The notes: generated by a model from the sequence alone, not told the origin. DNA of 64,000 nt from an uncultured bacterium (GCA_964392085.1 CAYMOV010000005.1:5343-69342); one strand, 5' to 3'; positions 37,566 to 47,305 are shown, counted from the first letter of the stretch. Translations and numbers: made by a program.

Positions 37566-38363
37566 CTAGATCGAGAGTTCGCCGCGGCCCACGGTGAGGG
37601 CCCGGCCCAGGATCTCCACCCGCTCGCCGTGGTGGATCACCTCCAGGTCACCGCCCCGGGGGGAGACCTGCCGAGCGTTCAGGACGGTCTTGCCGAGCTT
37701 GGCGGCCCAATAGGGCGCCAGGCGGCAATGGGCGGAACCCGTCACGGGGTCCTCGGACACGCCCTTGCGGGGCGCGAAGAACCGGGACACGAAATCGCCG
37801 CCCCACGAGGCGCGAGCCGTCACGATCGTCCCCCACTCCTCCAACTGGGACAACACATCGAAGTCGGGCCGGATCGCCCGGACGGCCGTTTCGGTTTCGA
37901 CCTCGATTAATAGGTAGGTGCCATCCGTGGCCGCCAAGGCGTGATCCAATCCCAGGGCACCCAGCGCGGGCCGGGGGGCCTGGATCGGTCGGACCGGGAT
38001 CGAGGGGAAATCCATCCCGATCCGCCCGTCCTCCCGGCGCCGGCAGGTCAGGCGACCGCTTCGGGTATCGAAGGAGGCCGCGGCGGTCGGCTCGAGGGTC
38101 CCGGTCGCCCAAAGGACATGGGCGGAGGCCAGGGTGGCGTGGCCGCAGAGATCGACCTCGGCGGTGGGGGTCATCCAACGCAAGCCGAAGGGTTCCCCGG
38201 CTTTCCGCAGGACGAAGGCCGTCTCAGAAAGGTTGAACTGGGCCGCCACACCTTGCATCCAGGCGACGTCCGGCCAGTTCGGGGATTCCAGGACCATGAC
38301 CGCCGCGGGGTTCCCCCCGAAGGGGTCCGTGGTGAAGGCGTTCACCAGGTGGAAAGGTTTCAT
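37566..38363 (-). CDS. PhzF family isomerase
   Basis: GGNPAAV, NLSETAF, EVDLCGHATLA, EDPVTGSAH; ATGA overlap with marR. Confidence 0.92.
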   Translation of the reverse strand: MKPFHLVNAFTTDPFGGNPAAVMVLESPNWPDVAWMQGVAAQFNLSETAFVLRKAGEPFGLRWMTPTAEVDLCGHATLASAHVLWATGTLEPTAAASFDTRSGRLTCRRREDGRIGMDFPSIPVRPIQAPRPALGALGLDHALAATDGTYLLIEVETETAVRAIRPDFDVLSQLEEWGTIVTARASWGGDFVSRFFAPRKGVSEDPVTGSAHCRLAPYWAAKLGKTVLNARQVSPRGGDLEVIHHGERVEILGRALTVGRGELSI

Positions 38364-38809
38364 GGTTTCCCCTCCATAAGAATGCCCGCCATCTCCTCCA
38401 TGATCTCCCGCCAGGCCGATTCCTTCGCCGCGCCGGCCTTCCGGAAGACCGCCTCCAGGTGTTCCATCTGGGTGCCGCTCAGGCGCGACTCCAGGTCCCG
38501 GCCCTCGGGGGTGAGTTCCAACCTCTTGACCCGTCCGTCGTAGGGAGCGGCCTGGGCCGAGACCAGCTTCAGGGCCACCAGCCGGCGGAGGGGGGCGTGG
38601 AGGGCCTGCTTGCTGACGGCCAGGGTCTTCAGGAGGGCGGCCACCGACCGTCCGGGGTCCCGGCCCACGAAATAAATGATCCGGTGGTGCACCCGGCCCA
38701 GGCCCTTTTTCTCCAGGATCCGGTCGGGACGGGCCGTGAAGTCCCGGTAGGCGAAAAAAAAGAGTTCCAGGCAACGTCGGAGCGCGGCTTGTCTTTTTGA
38801 GTCAACCAT
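38360..38809 (-). CDS. MarR family transcriptional regulator
   Basis: FFFAYRDFT..HHRIIYF..SKQAL..DGRVKRLELT. Confidence 0.9.
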   Translation of the reverse strand: MVDSKRQAALRRCLELFFFAYRDFTARPDRILEKKGLGRVHHRIIYFVGRDPGRSVAALLKTLAVSKQALHAPLRRLVALKLVSAQAAPYDGRVKRLELTPEGRDLESRLSGTQMEHLEAVFRKAGAAKESAWREIMEEMAGILMEGKP

Positions 38810-38863
38810 ATTGACATAATAATACCCCGGCGGTACCTTGGCAACAGGTCAATGTCATTGACC
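38801..38863. promoter_or_regulatory. Divergent promoters with two GTCAA-N5-TTGAC operators
   Basis: Palindromes at 38801-38815 and 38848-38862; plus strand TTGACA-N17-TACCTT; minus strand TTGCCA-N17-TATTAT-N6-ATG. Confidence 0.7.
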
Positions 38864-39081
38864 AATAAGGATTCACCGGGTTTGTTTTACCACGGAGGCC
38901 AAGTCCCGCGCCCGATCAAGCGTTCAATGAACGCGGGACAGTCCCGTCCTCCATCATGGAAACTCGGACGGGACGGGGACGGCGGGGGAAGGCATTGAGG
39001 TCTCAGCGCATACGCTTTTAGATCGTTCCCCGTGAACTCCGGCTTACCCCCGGTTCAAACTTTTAAGGTTGGTGCCGTACG

Positions 39082-40230
39082 ATGGCCACCCCAGTCCGTT
39101 TTTCGAAGAGGATCCGGGATTTAAGGGGCTCCCCGATCCGGGAGATCCTCCAGGCGGCCTCACGCCCCGGCATGGTCTCCTTCGCGGGAGGCCTCCCGAC
39201 GCCTGAGTCCTTCCCCCCGCTCGGGACCAGGGGAGTCCCCCGGCGCTTCCTCCAATACGGCCCCTCCGAGGGCGAGCCCGAGTTGCGCCGTTTCATCGCC
39301 CGGGACCTGCGGCGCCGGGGCCTCGATTGCGGGCCCGGCCAAGTGCTGGTCCTCTCCGGCTCCCAGCAGGGCATCGACCTGGCGGCCAAGCTTTTCATCG
39401 ACCCGGGGAGCGTCGTGGCCGTGGAGTCCCCCACTTACCTGGCCGCACTGCAAGTCTTCCGCTTTTTCGGAGCGGCCTTCCAGAACGCGGACATGGACCG
39501 GGGCGGGCTGGGGCCCCGGAAGCCGGTCCTCTCCTATATAAACCCCACTTTCCAAAACCCAACCGGGCGTTGCCTGCCCCTGGAGGAGCGAAGGGCCTTG
39601 GCCCTGGAATGCGACCGTCGGGGAGTCCCCCTCTTTGAGGATGATCCCTACCGGGACCTGGCCTTCGGTCCCTGTGACCGGACGCCGGTGGCCTCGCTCC
39701 TCCGGAAGGCCGATTGGATCTACCAGGGCTCCTATTCCAAGACCCTGGCCCCCGGGCTCCGGATCGGGTACCTGGCGGCCTCCCCGAACCTCGTGCGTCC
39801 ACTCACCCGCTTGAAACAGGCGGCGGATCTCCACACGAACCGGATCAGCCAATGGATCGTCCTCCAACGCCTTCGGGACGGGGGATGGGAAAAACGCGCG
39901 GGGAAACTGGCGGGGATCTACCGGGGGAGGAGGGACGCGTTCGCGGACTCCCTCGACAGGCACTTCAGGGGTATGGCGGACTGGTCGGTGCCGGAGGGCG
40001 GCTTGTTTTTCTGGTTGCGGCTGAAAAAGCGGTTGGACACGCGGCGGTTGTTCCCGTTGGCGCTGGAAAAGGGGGTGACCTTCATGCCGGGTGAGCATTT
40101 CTTCGCGGAACGCCGTCCCCCGGCGGGATATCTCCGGCTGAACTTCAGCCACGCTTCACCCGCGGAATCCGAACGGGGCCTTTCCCGGTTGGCCGGCTTG
40201 GTGGGGAGCTTCAACCCTTCAGGGCCTTGA
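39082..40230 (+). CDS. PLP-dependent class I aminotransferase (LysN/ARO8-like)
   Basis: SFAGGLP, GSQQGID, PTFQNPTG, EDDPY, SYSKTLAPGLRIG, LRLNFS. Confidence 0.92.
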   Translation: MATPVRFSKRIRDLRGSPIREILQAASRPGMVSFAGGLPTPESFPPLGTRGVPRRFLQYGPSEGEPELRRFIARDLRRRGLDCGPGQVLVLSGSQQGIDLAAKLFIDPGSVVAVESPTYLAALQVFRFFGAAFQNADMDRGGLGPRKPVLSYINPTFQNPTGRCLPLEERRALALECDRRGVPLFEDDPYRDLAFGPCDRTPVASLLRKADWIYQGSYSKTLAPGLRIGYLAASPNLVRPLTRLKQAADLHTNRISQWIVLQRLRDGGWEKRAGKLAGIYRGRRDAFADSLDRHFRGMADWSVPEGGLFFWLRLKKRLDTRRLFPLALEKGVTFMPGEHFFAERRPPAGYLRLNFSHASPAESERGLSRLAGLVGSFNPSGP

Positions 40231-40429
40231 ACTTCAGGTCTGAAAGCCGGACCAGCATCCTCAAGGGCATGGAACCGTTTTGGTAGGTGATGGAAGCCCG
40301 CTTCCAGCGGTCCACGGCGTGGACCACGATGGGGCTGCTTTCGAGGAACCCGGTTCGGCCGATATAACGCTCGTTCAGTTCATAGTGTTCGGTGGGGGTC
40401 AGTGGATGGGGGATATCGGGTTTCGCCAT
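40211..40429 (-). CDS. Small hypothetical protein, paralog of 19357-19629
   Basis: MAKPDI..DRWKRA..LVRLSDLKF. Confidence 0.6.
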   Translation of the reverse strand: MAKPDIPHPLTPTEHYELNERYIGRTGFLESSPIVVHAVDRWKRASITYQNGSMPLRMLVRLSDLKFKALKG

Positions 40430-40586
40430 GAGGGGACCCCACGCAAGCCATGGACCAGTCCACCTAATTTACCGCGGGGACCGTCAAAGTTGGTGCGCAA
40501 GATGAATTTTGAAAGAAAGCCCTTTTTCGCGACCTAAGTTGAAGTCAGGGCCCGGCAGGACCGGCGGATCAACGGGCAAACCCAGT

Positions 40587-40928
40587 TCAGCAGAGCTCGG
40601 GAATCTTCCGCTTGGTCCGGAGCAGGTCCTGGAAGAGCCGCTCAAAGCGCTCGGCGGCCTGGCGGTTTGGGACCTTGCAGGTGAAATGGTAGCTGAGTTC
40701 GGTGACCAATTGGAGGTTCGCGGGATCCAACTCATGGGCCTTGAGGAGGCACCGCTCCAACTCGGGAAGCATCGCGGGGCTGTCCATGTACTTGATCACC
40801 GCGATTTTATGGCGGATAAGGTGGTAATCGGCGCCGTTCTTCTCGATCAGGCTCTCGAGGATCTCCAAGGCATCCATGTAATCACCGGCCTGGATCAGTT
40901 CATGAACGACTTGGGTGGCGGTGGACAA
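40587..40928 (-). CDS. Hypothetical helical (TPR-like) protein
   Basis: GDYMDALEILE, LLKAHELDPAN resemble TPR helices; GGAGG upstream. Confidence 0.6.
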   Translation of the reverse strand: MSTATQVVHELIQAGDYMDALEILESLIEKNGADYHLIRHKIAVIKYMDSPAMLPELERCLLKAHELDPANLQLVTELSYHFTCKVPNRQAAERFERLFQDLLRTKRKIPELC

Positions 40929-41164
40929 GCGGCCCCTCCGGATATCGATTGAAGTCCGAAAAAGGATAGGTCCCGATCCGTTTCCCCCTCATGACGAGCG
41001 TCATAGTCCGGCCAGATGGGGTTCCGGGACCCATGTCGAGGCGGCGCCAGCAAGACACGACACCACTTTTGACCTTGTCCCGATGGCAAAGGAAAGCGGG
41101 ACGTCCCCCGACCGCTCGCGGCAGGGGGGAGAAGCCCCTTCAGTTCGACTTTCGCATCCACCCG

Positions 41165-42256
41165 CTAATTCCAGACGACTTGCAGGACCGCGGTCCCCTG
41201 GATGGACACGCGGATCTCGATCCCCTCCTCGTCCGCGAAGGCGTCGATCACCTTGAACGATTTCGCCTGGGTCTTGAGCCGGGCGAAGCGGCCGATCGGC
41301 TTGTTCAGGGCCAGGTCGATTCTCCCCTTCATCCAGTCCAGCTTCAGGCCGATGGGCACCTTCGCGAGCCGCCGCAGCATGGTCCGGAAGTGGTTCTTGT
41401 AGAGCAGATCCATCAGCTTGACCAGCAAGTTCCCGGACTCGACGTCGAAGTCCAGGTCCGGGAAGTCGAACACCCGCTGTTTCGGGAGGAACCGGGGCTT
41501 GCCCCAAAGATGGACCGTCATCTCGGACGGATGGCCTGTCAGGTTCAGGATCGGCGGGTCGTATAGAAGCTTGGCGTCGAGTTCCACCTTCCCTCCCTCC
41601 CCATGGAAGGCCAGCCCCACCAGGGTCAGCTTCCGTTCACCCTTGGCCGAAAGCACGCGGCCGAGGATCTTCTGTTCGGGCTTCCGGAAATAATCATTGG
41701 CCTCCGCGTAACTGAAACGCGCGTTGCTCATGGCCCGGAAGATCGCGGGGCCCGCCTGGAATTTTTGGAGCGGCGGCATGGGGATCGGGACGACTTCGGG
41801 CTTGGGGCCGAAGACGATCTCCGGTCGGGCGGTCATCTCCAGCACGAAGCGCGTGGAGTCGGCCCGTTTCAGGTCGCTCCGGGCCCGGCCGATCCCCAGG
41901 GTCACGGGGCGGAGCACCAGCCAGAAATCATCGTCCAGGAAGATCGGTTCCTGCATCCTCGCCCACAGCTGGGTCAAGTGGGGTTCCGTACCCGCCTCCG
42001 GGACGGCGCTGAGGTCGGGGACGAACAGGTTGAGTCCCCCTTGGTAAAGCCGCGCGAGGTGCTTGAGGACTTCGACGCCCCCCGGGAAAACCAGGTGGAC
42101 CGGCAGGCGGACGATCGCCGGCCCGACCGGTGGGAAACTCCGGACACACTTCGCCACCGGACGCGACCTCACCTGCACTGTGCGGCATCCCGTCGTCAAC
42201 ACCAGAACCGACAGCCCGAGGGCGACCCAGACTACCAGGCGGTTCGGGGAGGTCAC
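41165..42256 (-). CDS. DUF4403-like lipoprotein
   Basis: Lipobox TTGC; beta-rich; LWGKPRF..DLDFDVES pattern; GTGA overlap with AI-2E gene. Confidence 0.65.
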   Translation of the reverse strand: MTSPNRLVVWVALGLSVLVLTTGCRTVQVRSRPVAKCVRSFPPVGPAIVRLPVHLVFPGGVEVLKHLARLYQGGLNLFVPDLSAVPEAGTEPHLTQLWARMQEPIFLDDDFWLVLRPVTLGIGRARSDLKRADSTRFVLEMTARPEIVFGPKPEVVPIPMPPLQKFQAGPAIFRAMSNARFSYAEANDYFRKPEQKILGRVLSAKGERKLTLVGLAFHGEGGKVELDAKLLYDPPILNLTGHPSEMTVHLWGKPRFLPKQRVFDFPDLDFDVESGNLLVKLMDLLYKNHFRTMLRRLAKVPIGLKLDWMKGRIDLALNKPIGRFARLKTQAKSFKVIDAFADEEGIEIRVSIQGTAVLQVVWN

Positions 42257-43527
42257 GGGGCGGCCTTTTTCGAGGTTTCCAGGTCGACCTTTTTGAGCGC
42301 TTCCAGGTCGTCCTTTTTCGAGGCTTCGAGGTCGTCCTTCGCCCGGTCCCCGGAGATCTCCACCGCGATGGCGGCCGACAGCTCCGCCGACACGCCCTCC
42401 GTCCGGCGCTCGTACTCCTCCTCCGCCCGGTCGTCACCCTCCCGCAACACCTCATCCGCCACCAGTTCCTGCTCGCCGGGCAACTGCACCCGCAGTTCCT
42501 CGATGAGCATCATGGCGACCGCCGCGAAGGGGATCGCCAGCAGGATCCCGGTCACGCCCATCAGGGTCCCCCCCGCCAAGAGGGAGAACAGGACCACCGT
42601 GGAAGGAAGGCGCATCACCTTTCCGTAAACCCAGGGCACCAGGACCCGGCTTTCAAACTCCATGTAGAAGAGCATCAGGGCCAGGACGACGATGGTGACC
42701 ACCGGGCCCTGGGGAACGGCGGAGAGGACCGCGATGACCATCGGGAGGAAGATGCCGATATAAGGGAGGATGTCCGCCACGGCCCCGAAAAGCGCGAGCG
42801 CCATGGCGTTCTCGATGCCGCAGGAGACCATCAGGACCAGGACGAACGCCCCGAGGGCCACGCTGGTGATGACCTGTCCGCGGATATAGGCGCCCACGAT
42901 GGTTTCCAGGTTCATCAGGACCCTCGAGAGCCGGATGTGGTGGGTCCGGGGGACGAGCGCGAAAAGCCCGCCCCGGAGCCGATCCCGGTCCAACATGATG
43001 TAGAGCGCCAGGAAAAGCGCGCTGACCGCGTAGGCCACGAACTCCAGCGCATGCATGGAATAGGCGAATGCCGTTGCGCCGGCCGAATTGACGGAGCCGC
43101 CGTACTGGAAATTGCGGAGCCACATCCCCAAGGCGTTGCTCAGGGGGTAGACGGCGAGTCGGTCGGCGAGTTGGGCCCTGAGGATCGGTTCCTGGGCCAT
43201 GATGGACGAGGACTGGGCCAGGAGCGCCGGGATCGTCAGCACGGCGCTCACCACGGTGACGAGGATCAGCGTGATGAAGACGATCGCGATGGATTGGGTC
43301 CGGCCGATCCCCTTGCGTTCCATCCAATGGACGAGGGGGTTCAGGGTCCCCACCAGGAAAAAGGCCGCGATCAGCACGAGCAAGATCGGCAGGAGCTTGA
43401 ATAAAAGCCAGAGGACGGCCATCACGCCGACCAGGGTCCACATCGTGGCGGCCGCCAATTCAAACCGGAGAGTGTGGACGCCGGGCCGGATCGGGTTGCC
43501 CGCCTCGGGTTTGGGGTAGACGCTCAT
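42253..43527 (-). CDS. AI-2E family transporter with acidic C-tail
   Basis: YIRGQVITS, LPYIG, ESRVLVP, GILLAIPFAA. Confidence 0.88.
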   Translation of the reverse strand: MSVYPKPEAGNPIRPGVHTLRFELAAATMWTLVGVMAVLWLLFKLLPILLVLIAAFFLVGTLNPLVHWMERKGIGRTQSIAIVFITLILVTVVSAVLTIPALLAQSSSIMAQEPILRAQLADRLAVYPLSNALGMWLRNFQYGGSVNSAGATAFAYSMHALEFVAYAVSALFLALYIMLDRDRLRGGLFALVPRTHHIRLSRVLMNLETIVGAYIRGQVITSVALGAFVLVLMVSCGIENAMALALFGAVADILPYIGIFLPMVIAVLSAVPQGPVVTIVVLALMLFYMEFESRVLVPWVYGKVMRLPSTVVLFSLLAGGTLMGVTGILLAIPFAAVAMMLIEELRVQLPGEQELVADEVLREGDDRAEEEYERRTEGVSAELSAAIAVEISGDRAKDDLEASKKDDLEALKKVDLETSKKAAP

Positions 43528-43599
43528 GGGGAAGACCCGCCAATCGTGTGTTTTTCCTGAAAATCGCGTTCCGGCCGGGCTTTTCCGGCGGGGGGAAAT

Positions 43600-43631
43600 A
43601 AAAAGAGCGGGCGTCTTCAGGACGCCCGCCC
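43600..43631 (-). terminator. Intrinsic terminator
   Basis: GCGGGCGTC/GACGCCCGC stem with A-run on the left. Confidence 0.65.
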
Positions 43632-43655
43632 GACGAAGGCCCGGAGGTTCCAGCC

Positions 43656-44174
43656 TTACTTCGCGACGGCGTCCTGCTTCTTCTCGTCGATCTTCTCGTT
43701 GGTCTTGTCCAGCTCTTTTTGGTCCGCGTTGAGGTTCTTGACGTGGGTGCGGCGGTGCTTGTGGTCGGCCTTCAGCTGGTCGACCTTCACGTCACGCTGA
43801 TCACGGTGTTCCTTCAGGTCCGCCGCGTCCCGGTTGATGGCTTTCTGGTCCTTGTGCAGGTCGGCTTTCTCGTCCGCGACGCCCTCATGGTCGCCTTCCA
43901 TCTTGGCGTCCTTCAACTGGGCCTTGTCCTTCGTCCTCTGTTTCGCGTGGTGGTTGAGGGCCTTTTTGCTGGTCTTCACCCCTTCGTTGTGCTCCTGGAC
44001 CGCGGCCTTGTCCCGGTCGATCTTGGCGTCCGCCTGGACCACGCCCTTCTCGTCCGCGCGGATGTCCTGCTTAAGGTCCTTCTTGTCCGACTGGAGGGAG
44101 GCCTCATCCGCCTTCACGATCCCGGTGGCCGACAACAGCATCAAACCCATCACAACCGCCCATTGCTTCTTCAT
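43656..44174 (-). CDS. Secreted highly charged helical protein
   Basis: Signal peptide (VKA-D), K/D/H-rich periodic sequence. Confidence 0.8.
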   Translation of the reverse strand: MKKQWAVVMGLMLLSATGIVKADEASLQSDKKDLKQDIRADEKGVVQADAKIDRDKAAVQEHNEGVKTSKKALNHHAKQRTKDKAQLKDAKMEGDHEGVADEKADLHKDQKAINRDAADLKEHRDQRDVKVDQLKADHKHRRTHVKNLNADQKELDKTNEKIDEKKQDAVAK

Positions 44175-44280
44175 GCTTTTGGATTCCTTTTAAATTTGGT
44201 CGGGGAAGGACCGCCCCGTGGTTTCGCTTCCAACGGCCTCCCGCAGATGCGGGGGCGGATCCGGTGGTCGGGTCCTCCGG

Positions 44281-44709
44281 TCAGAAGTAGTTGAGGGGAA
44301 GCGGATCCCTCGGGAATTGGTGGGACATGTAGGCGGGGGTGTCCTTGGCCAATTGGCGGGCCTTGTCCAGTTGGGCGTCCGTCTGGCCCTTCTTGATCAG
44401 GAGGATTTGGCCCGGGGTGAGGAGGTCGGGATCCTGGATCTGGTCCCGATTGGCCTTGAAGACCAGCGGCCAAACCGCCGACTCCGCGTAGACGCGTTCC
44501 TGGAAGGAGATCGCCCAGAGGGTGTCCCCCTTCTTGACCTCGTACTTCTCCAGGTCGGGCGCCTGGACATTTTCCACCTTCGCGGTTTCCTGGGCCGGCG
44601 GCTGGGCCGGCGCCTCGGTCTTCACGGTTTTCTTCCCCCCGCAGCCGTAGACCAACAGGGCCATCGCCCCCATGCCCAGCAAAATCCCGGCTTTCTTGTT
44701 CTTTCGCAT
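44281..44709 (-). CDS. LysM-domain lipoprotein
   Basis: Lipobox VYGC; YEVKKGDTLWAIS..WPLVFKANRDQIQDPDLLTPGQIL. Confidence 0.9.
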   Translation of the reverse strand: MRKNKKAGILLGMGAMALLVYGCGGKKTVKTEAPAQPPAQETAKVENVQAPDLEKYEVKKGDTLWAISFQERVYAESAVWPLVFKANRDQIQDPDLLTPGQILLIKKGQTDAQLDKARQLAKDTPAYMSHQFPRDPLPLNYF

Positions 44710-44798
44710 TTCAAGGTCCTTTTAAACGGTTTGGAGTCCGAGGCGGGGTGGCCGTGGTGTTTCCCGGTCCACCGGTTTCGCCAGCCCGAGCCGACCCC

Positions 44799-45749
44799 TC
44801 AAGGCGCCGGCTCGGTGATGGTATTGGACAAAAGCGTGACCTCGTCGATCTCGGAGAACGCCCGGCCCACCAACACGGCGCCGGTGTTCAGCGTGACCTG
44901 GTTGTAAGCCATGATCGTCCCCACGAAGGAGGTCGTGGTGTCCAGGGCGCACATGCTGCCCACCTGCCAAAAGACGTTGGTGGCCTTGGCGCCCCCGGCC
45001 AGGAGGACCTGACGGCCCGGGGTCGTGGTGAGGGTGGAGGCGATCTGGAAGATGAAGACCGCGTTCGGGTCGCCCTGGCCGTCAAGGGTGAGGTCCCCCG
45101 AGGAGACCTCCAGGGATCCGGTGGATTTGTAGAGGCCCGGAGCCAGCGTCTGGCCCCCGATGTTCCCCGCCAACACGGTGGGATTGGTCCGGCCGGCGGC
45201 GTCGTTATAGGCGATCGTCAGGTCCGCCATGGCGTTGGCCGCGGCGGTGTCGGTCACGTGGTAGACCCCGCCGCAACTCACGACGGGCGCCCCCACGACC
45301 GCGCTGCCGGGCGAAAGGCCCAGGTCGCCGCAAAGCGTGGTGGGGCCGCTGTTGGTGATCGTGGTGTAACCCAGGACCACGAACCCCACCGCGGAACCGA
45401 GGTTCACCGGGAGTTGGGACGTTTGGGATGTCGGGGTGGATGTGACGATCAGGGTCGCGGTCGCGGTCGTCGTGTCGGTTGTGGAGGGGGTCGGAGTGGG
45501 CGTCCCGGTGGGGGTTGAAGTCCACAGGGAGGTGGAGGTCTTCGACGGGGTGGGGGTCTGGGTCCGTGCGGGGGTGGCGGTGGGGCTTGAAGTCCAAGTC
45601 GCGGTCGCGCCGAGGGTCCTCGTCGCGGTCACTGTCGCGGCGAGCGGCCCCACCGGGGGGCTCGGGGAGTCGATTTCACGGCGACAGCCGACGAAAAGGA
45701 CGGCCGGAATGAGCGCAAGGAGGGATAAACGGCCGATGTTTTTTTTCAC
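44799..45749 (-). CDS. DUF3494 ice-binding-family lipoprotein 1 (long Thr stalk)
   Basis: Lipobox FVGC; [44 protein letters not shown]. Confidence 0.92.
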   Translation of the reverse strand: MKKNIGRLSLLALIPAVLFVGCRREIDSPSPPVGPLAATVTATRTLGATATWTSSPTATPARTQTPTPSKTSTSLWTSTPTGTPTPTPSTTDTTTATATLIVTSTPTSQTSQLPVNLGSAVGFVVLGYTTITNSGPTTLCGDLGLSPGSAVVGAPVVSCGGVYHVTDTAAANAMADLTIAYNDAAGRTNPTVLAGNIGGQTLAPGLYKSTGSLEVSSGDLTLDGQGDPNAVFIFQIASTLTTTPGRQVLLAGGAKATNVFWQVGSMCALDTTTSFVGTIMAYNQVTLNTGAVLVGRAFSEIDEVTLLSNTITEPAP

Positions 45750-45806
45750 GGGGAGTCTCCGGGGAATCTTTCGACAAGCCGATTTGACTTTTAGGACATC
45801 CGTAAG

Positions 45807-45822
45807 AGCAAGGAACGTGCCC
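45807..45822 (-). promoter_or_regulatory. Sigma-54 (-24/-12) promoter
   Basis: GGGCACGTTCCTTGCT, GG-N10-GC, about 58 bp before start. Confidence 0.8.
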
Positions 45823-46041
45823 CGCCCCCCGGTTTTTTATATAAACGTTTTGTGGCAGGTCACCATTATTCCGGAGCCCCCCGGCACCCCTGTTTTCAAT
45901 TCCCGATTTGGTTCGAGACGACGCCTCCCGGACTCGGGCTTCGTTCAAGGCGGTGCCCGTGGACCATCCGGGCCGGATCAAAATGGTAGCCATTTCCCCG
46001 AATTGATTCCCTGGGGCGGGGCTGATCGGCGCCCTCCGGGT

Positions 46042-46085
46042 AAAAAAAGAGCGGCGGACCCGGTTCATTCCAGGTCCGCCGCTTC
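46042..46085 (-). terminator. Intrinsic terminator after DUF3494 gene 2
   Basis: AGCGGCGGACC/GGTCCGCCGCT stem, A-run. Confidence 0.75.
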
Positions 46086-46110
46086 TAACGACCCACCTCA
46101 ATCCGGTCCC

Positions 46111-47100
46111 TTAGGGAGCGGGTTTGGTGATGGTATTGGCCAAAAGGGTGACGTTGCCGTTCGAACCGAAGGCCCGGCCTTCCAGGAACGCGCCCGTGTT
46201 CAGGGTGACCGAGTTATAGGCCAGGATGTTGCCCACCATGGAGACCGTGGTCCCGAGCGAGCAATAATCCGACACCTGCCAGAACACCCGGTCGGCTTTC
46301 GCGCCACCCGAGAGGAGGACCTGCCGTCCCGACGTCACGTCCAGCACGCCGGAGACCTGGAAGATGAACACCGCGTTCACGTCACCCAGGGCGTCCAGGG
46401 TGAGGTCCGCCGAGGAGATCGACAGGTTCCCACCATCGGTATAGAGGCCGGGATACAGCGTGAGGCCCCCCAGGTCATCGCCCGTCGGCAGGATCGCGCC
46501 TCCCGTGCGGCTCGCCGCGTCGGTATAGGCGTTCGAAAGGTCCAATTTGGCCGTATTGGCCGCGCCGTTGGCCACATCGGTGGTTCCCCCGCAAAGCACA
46601 ACGATCCCCCCATCCACCTGGCTACCCGGGTAAAGCCCGAGGCTGCCGCAAAAGGTGGAAGCCCCGGAGTTGGTGATCTGGGAATAGGCCAGGCCCACGT
46701 AATTCAAGGCGGAGCCCAGCAACACCATCCCCTGGACGTTTTGGGGCGTTGGGGACAATGTCGCCGTCGGGGTCATGGTCATGGTCGCGGTCTCCGTCGG
46801 CGTCAGGGAATCCGTGGAGGTCGAAGTCACCGTGGGCGTCAAGGTGAGCGTGGACGTCGCGGTGGCTGTGGGGGTGTGCGTGAACGTCGCGGTGGCGGTG
46901 GGTGTGGGCGAAGCCGTCCGGGTCATGGTGGCCGACGCGGTCATCGTCCGGGTCGATGTCACGGTGGCGGTCCGGGTGGAGGTAAAGGTCGCGACGGGGG
47001 CCTGCGGCGCCGCCGGAGTGGTGGTCGTATGCTTACAGCCCGCCAGGAAGGCGGCTGAAAGGCCCAACAAAGCCATGAAAGTCCCGATTAACTTTTTCAT
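46111..47100 (-). CDS. DUF3494 ice-binding-family lipoprotein 2 (long Thr stalk)
   Basis: MKKLIG start, lipobox LAGC; LYPGLY, VFIFQV, VFWQVSD, GRAFG. Confidence 0.92.
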   Translation of the reverse strand: MKKLIGTFMALLGLSAAFLAGCKHTTTTPAAPQAPVATFTSTRTATVTSTRTMTASATMTRTASPTPTATATFTHTPTATATSTLTLTPTVTSTSTDSLTPTETATMTMTPTATLSPTPQNVQGMVLLGSALNYVGLAYSQITNSGASTFCGSLGLYPGSQVDGGIVVLCGGTTDVANGAANTAKLDLSNAYTDAASRTGGAILPTGDDLGGLTLYPGLYTDGGNLSISSADLTLDALGDVNAVFIFQVSGVLDVTSGRQVLLSGGAKADRVFWQVSDYCSLGTTVSMVGNILAYNSVTLNTGAFLEGRAFGSNGNVTLLANTITKPAP

Positions 47101-47144
47101 CGTCACCGCTCCTAGGTTCTTTTGTAGTCGAGGGGATGGGTAAG

Positions 47145-47160
47145 AGCAAGGAACGTGCCC
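47145..47160 (-). promoter_or_regulatory. Sigma-54 (-24/-12) promoter
   Basis: GGGCACGTTCCTTGCT, identical to 45807-45822. Confidence 0.8.
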
Positions 47161-47244
47161 AACCCCGTTACCGGGAAGACTGCCTTCCTTCGCTCCGGAA
47201 GCCCCTGAAAACCCAGTTTGACCGGCCCAGTGCCGGAAGCCGTC

Positions 47245-47277
47245 GATCAATTTGAGCCGTCGCCTCTCTTTATGATC
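47245..47277. promoter_or_regulatory. Putative enhancer (UAS) for a sigma-54 activator
   Basis: GATCAATTTGAGCC 85 bp upstream of the promoter, plus a partial second site. Confidence 0.55.
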
Positions 47278-47305
47278 CGCTTCGGTTCCGGTCCCGGACC
47301 GGTAT

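Noticed and set aside
45436-47058. 540-aa plus-strand ORF and Val-rich ORFs opposite the Thr stalks
   Set aside because: Reverse-complement reading of Thr/Pro codons
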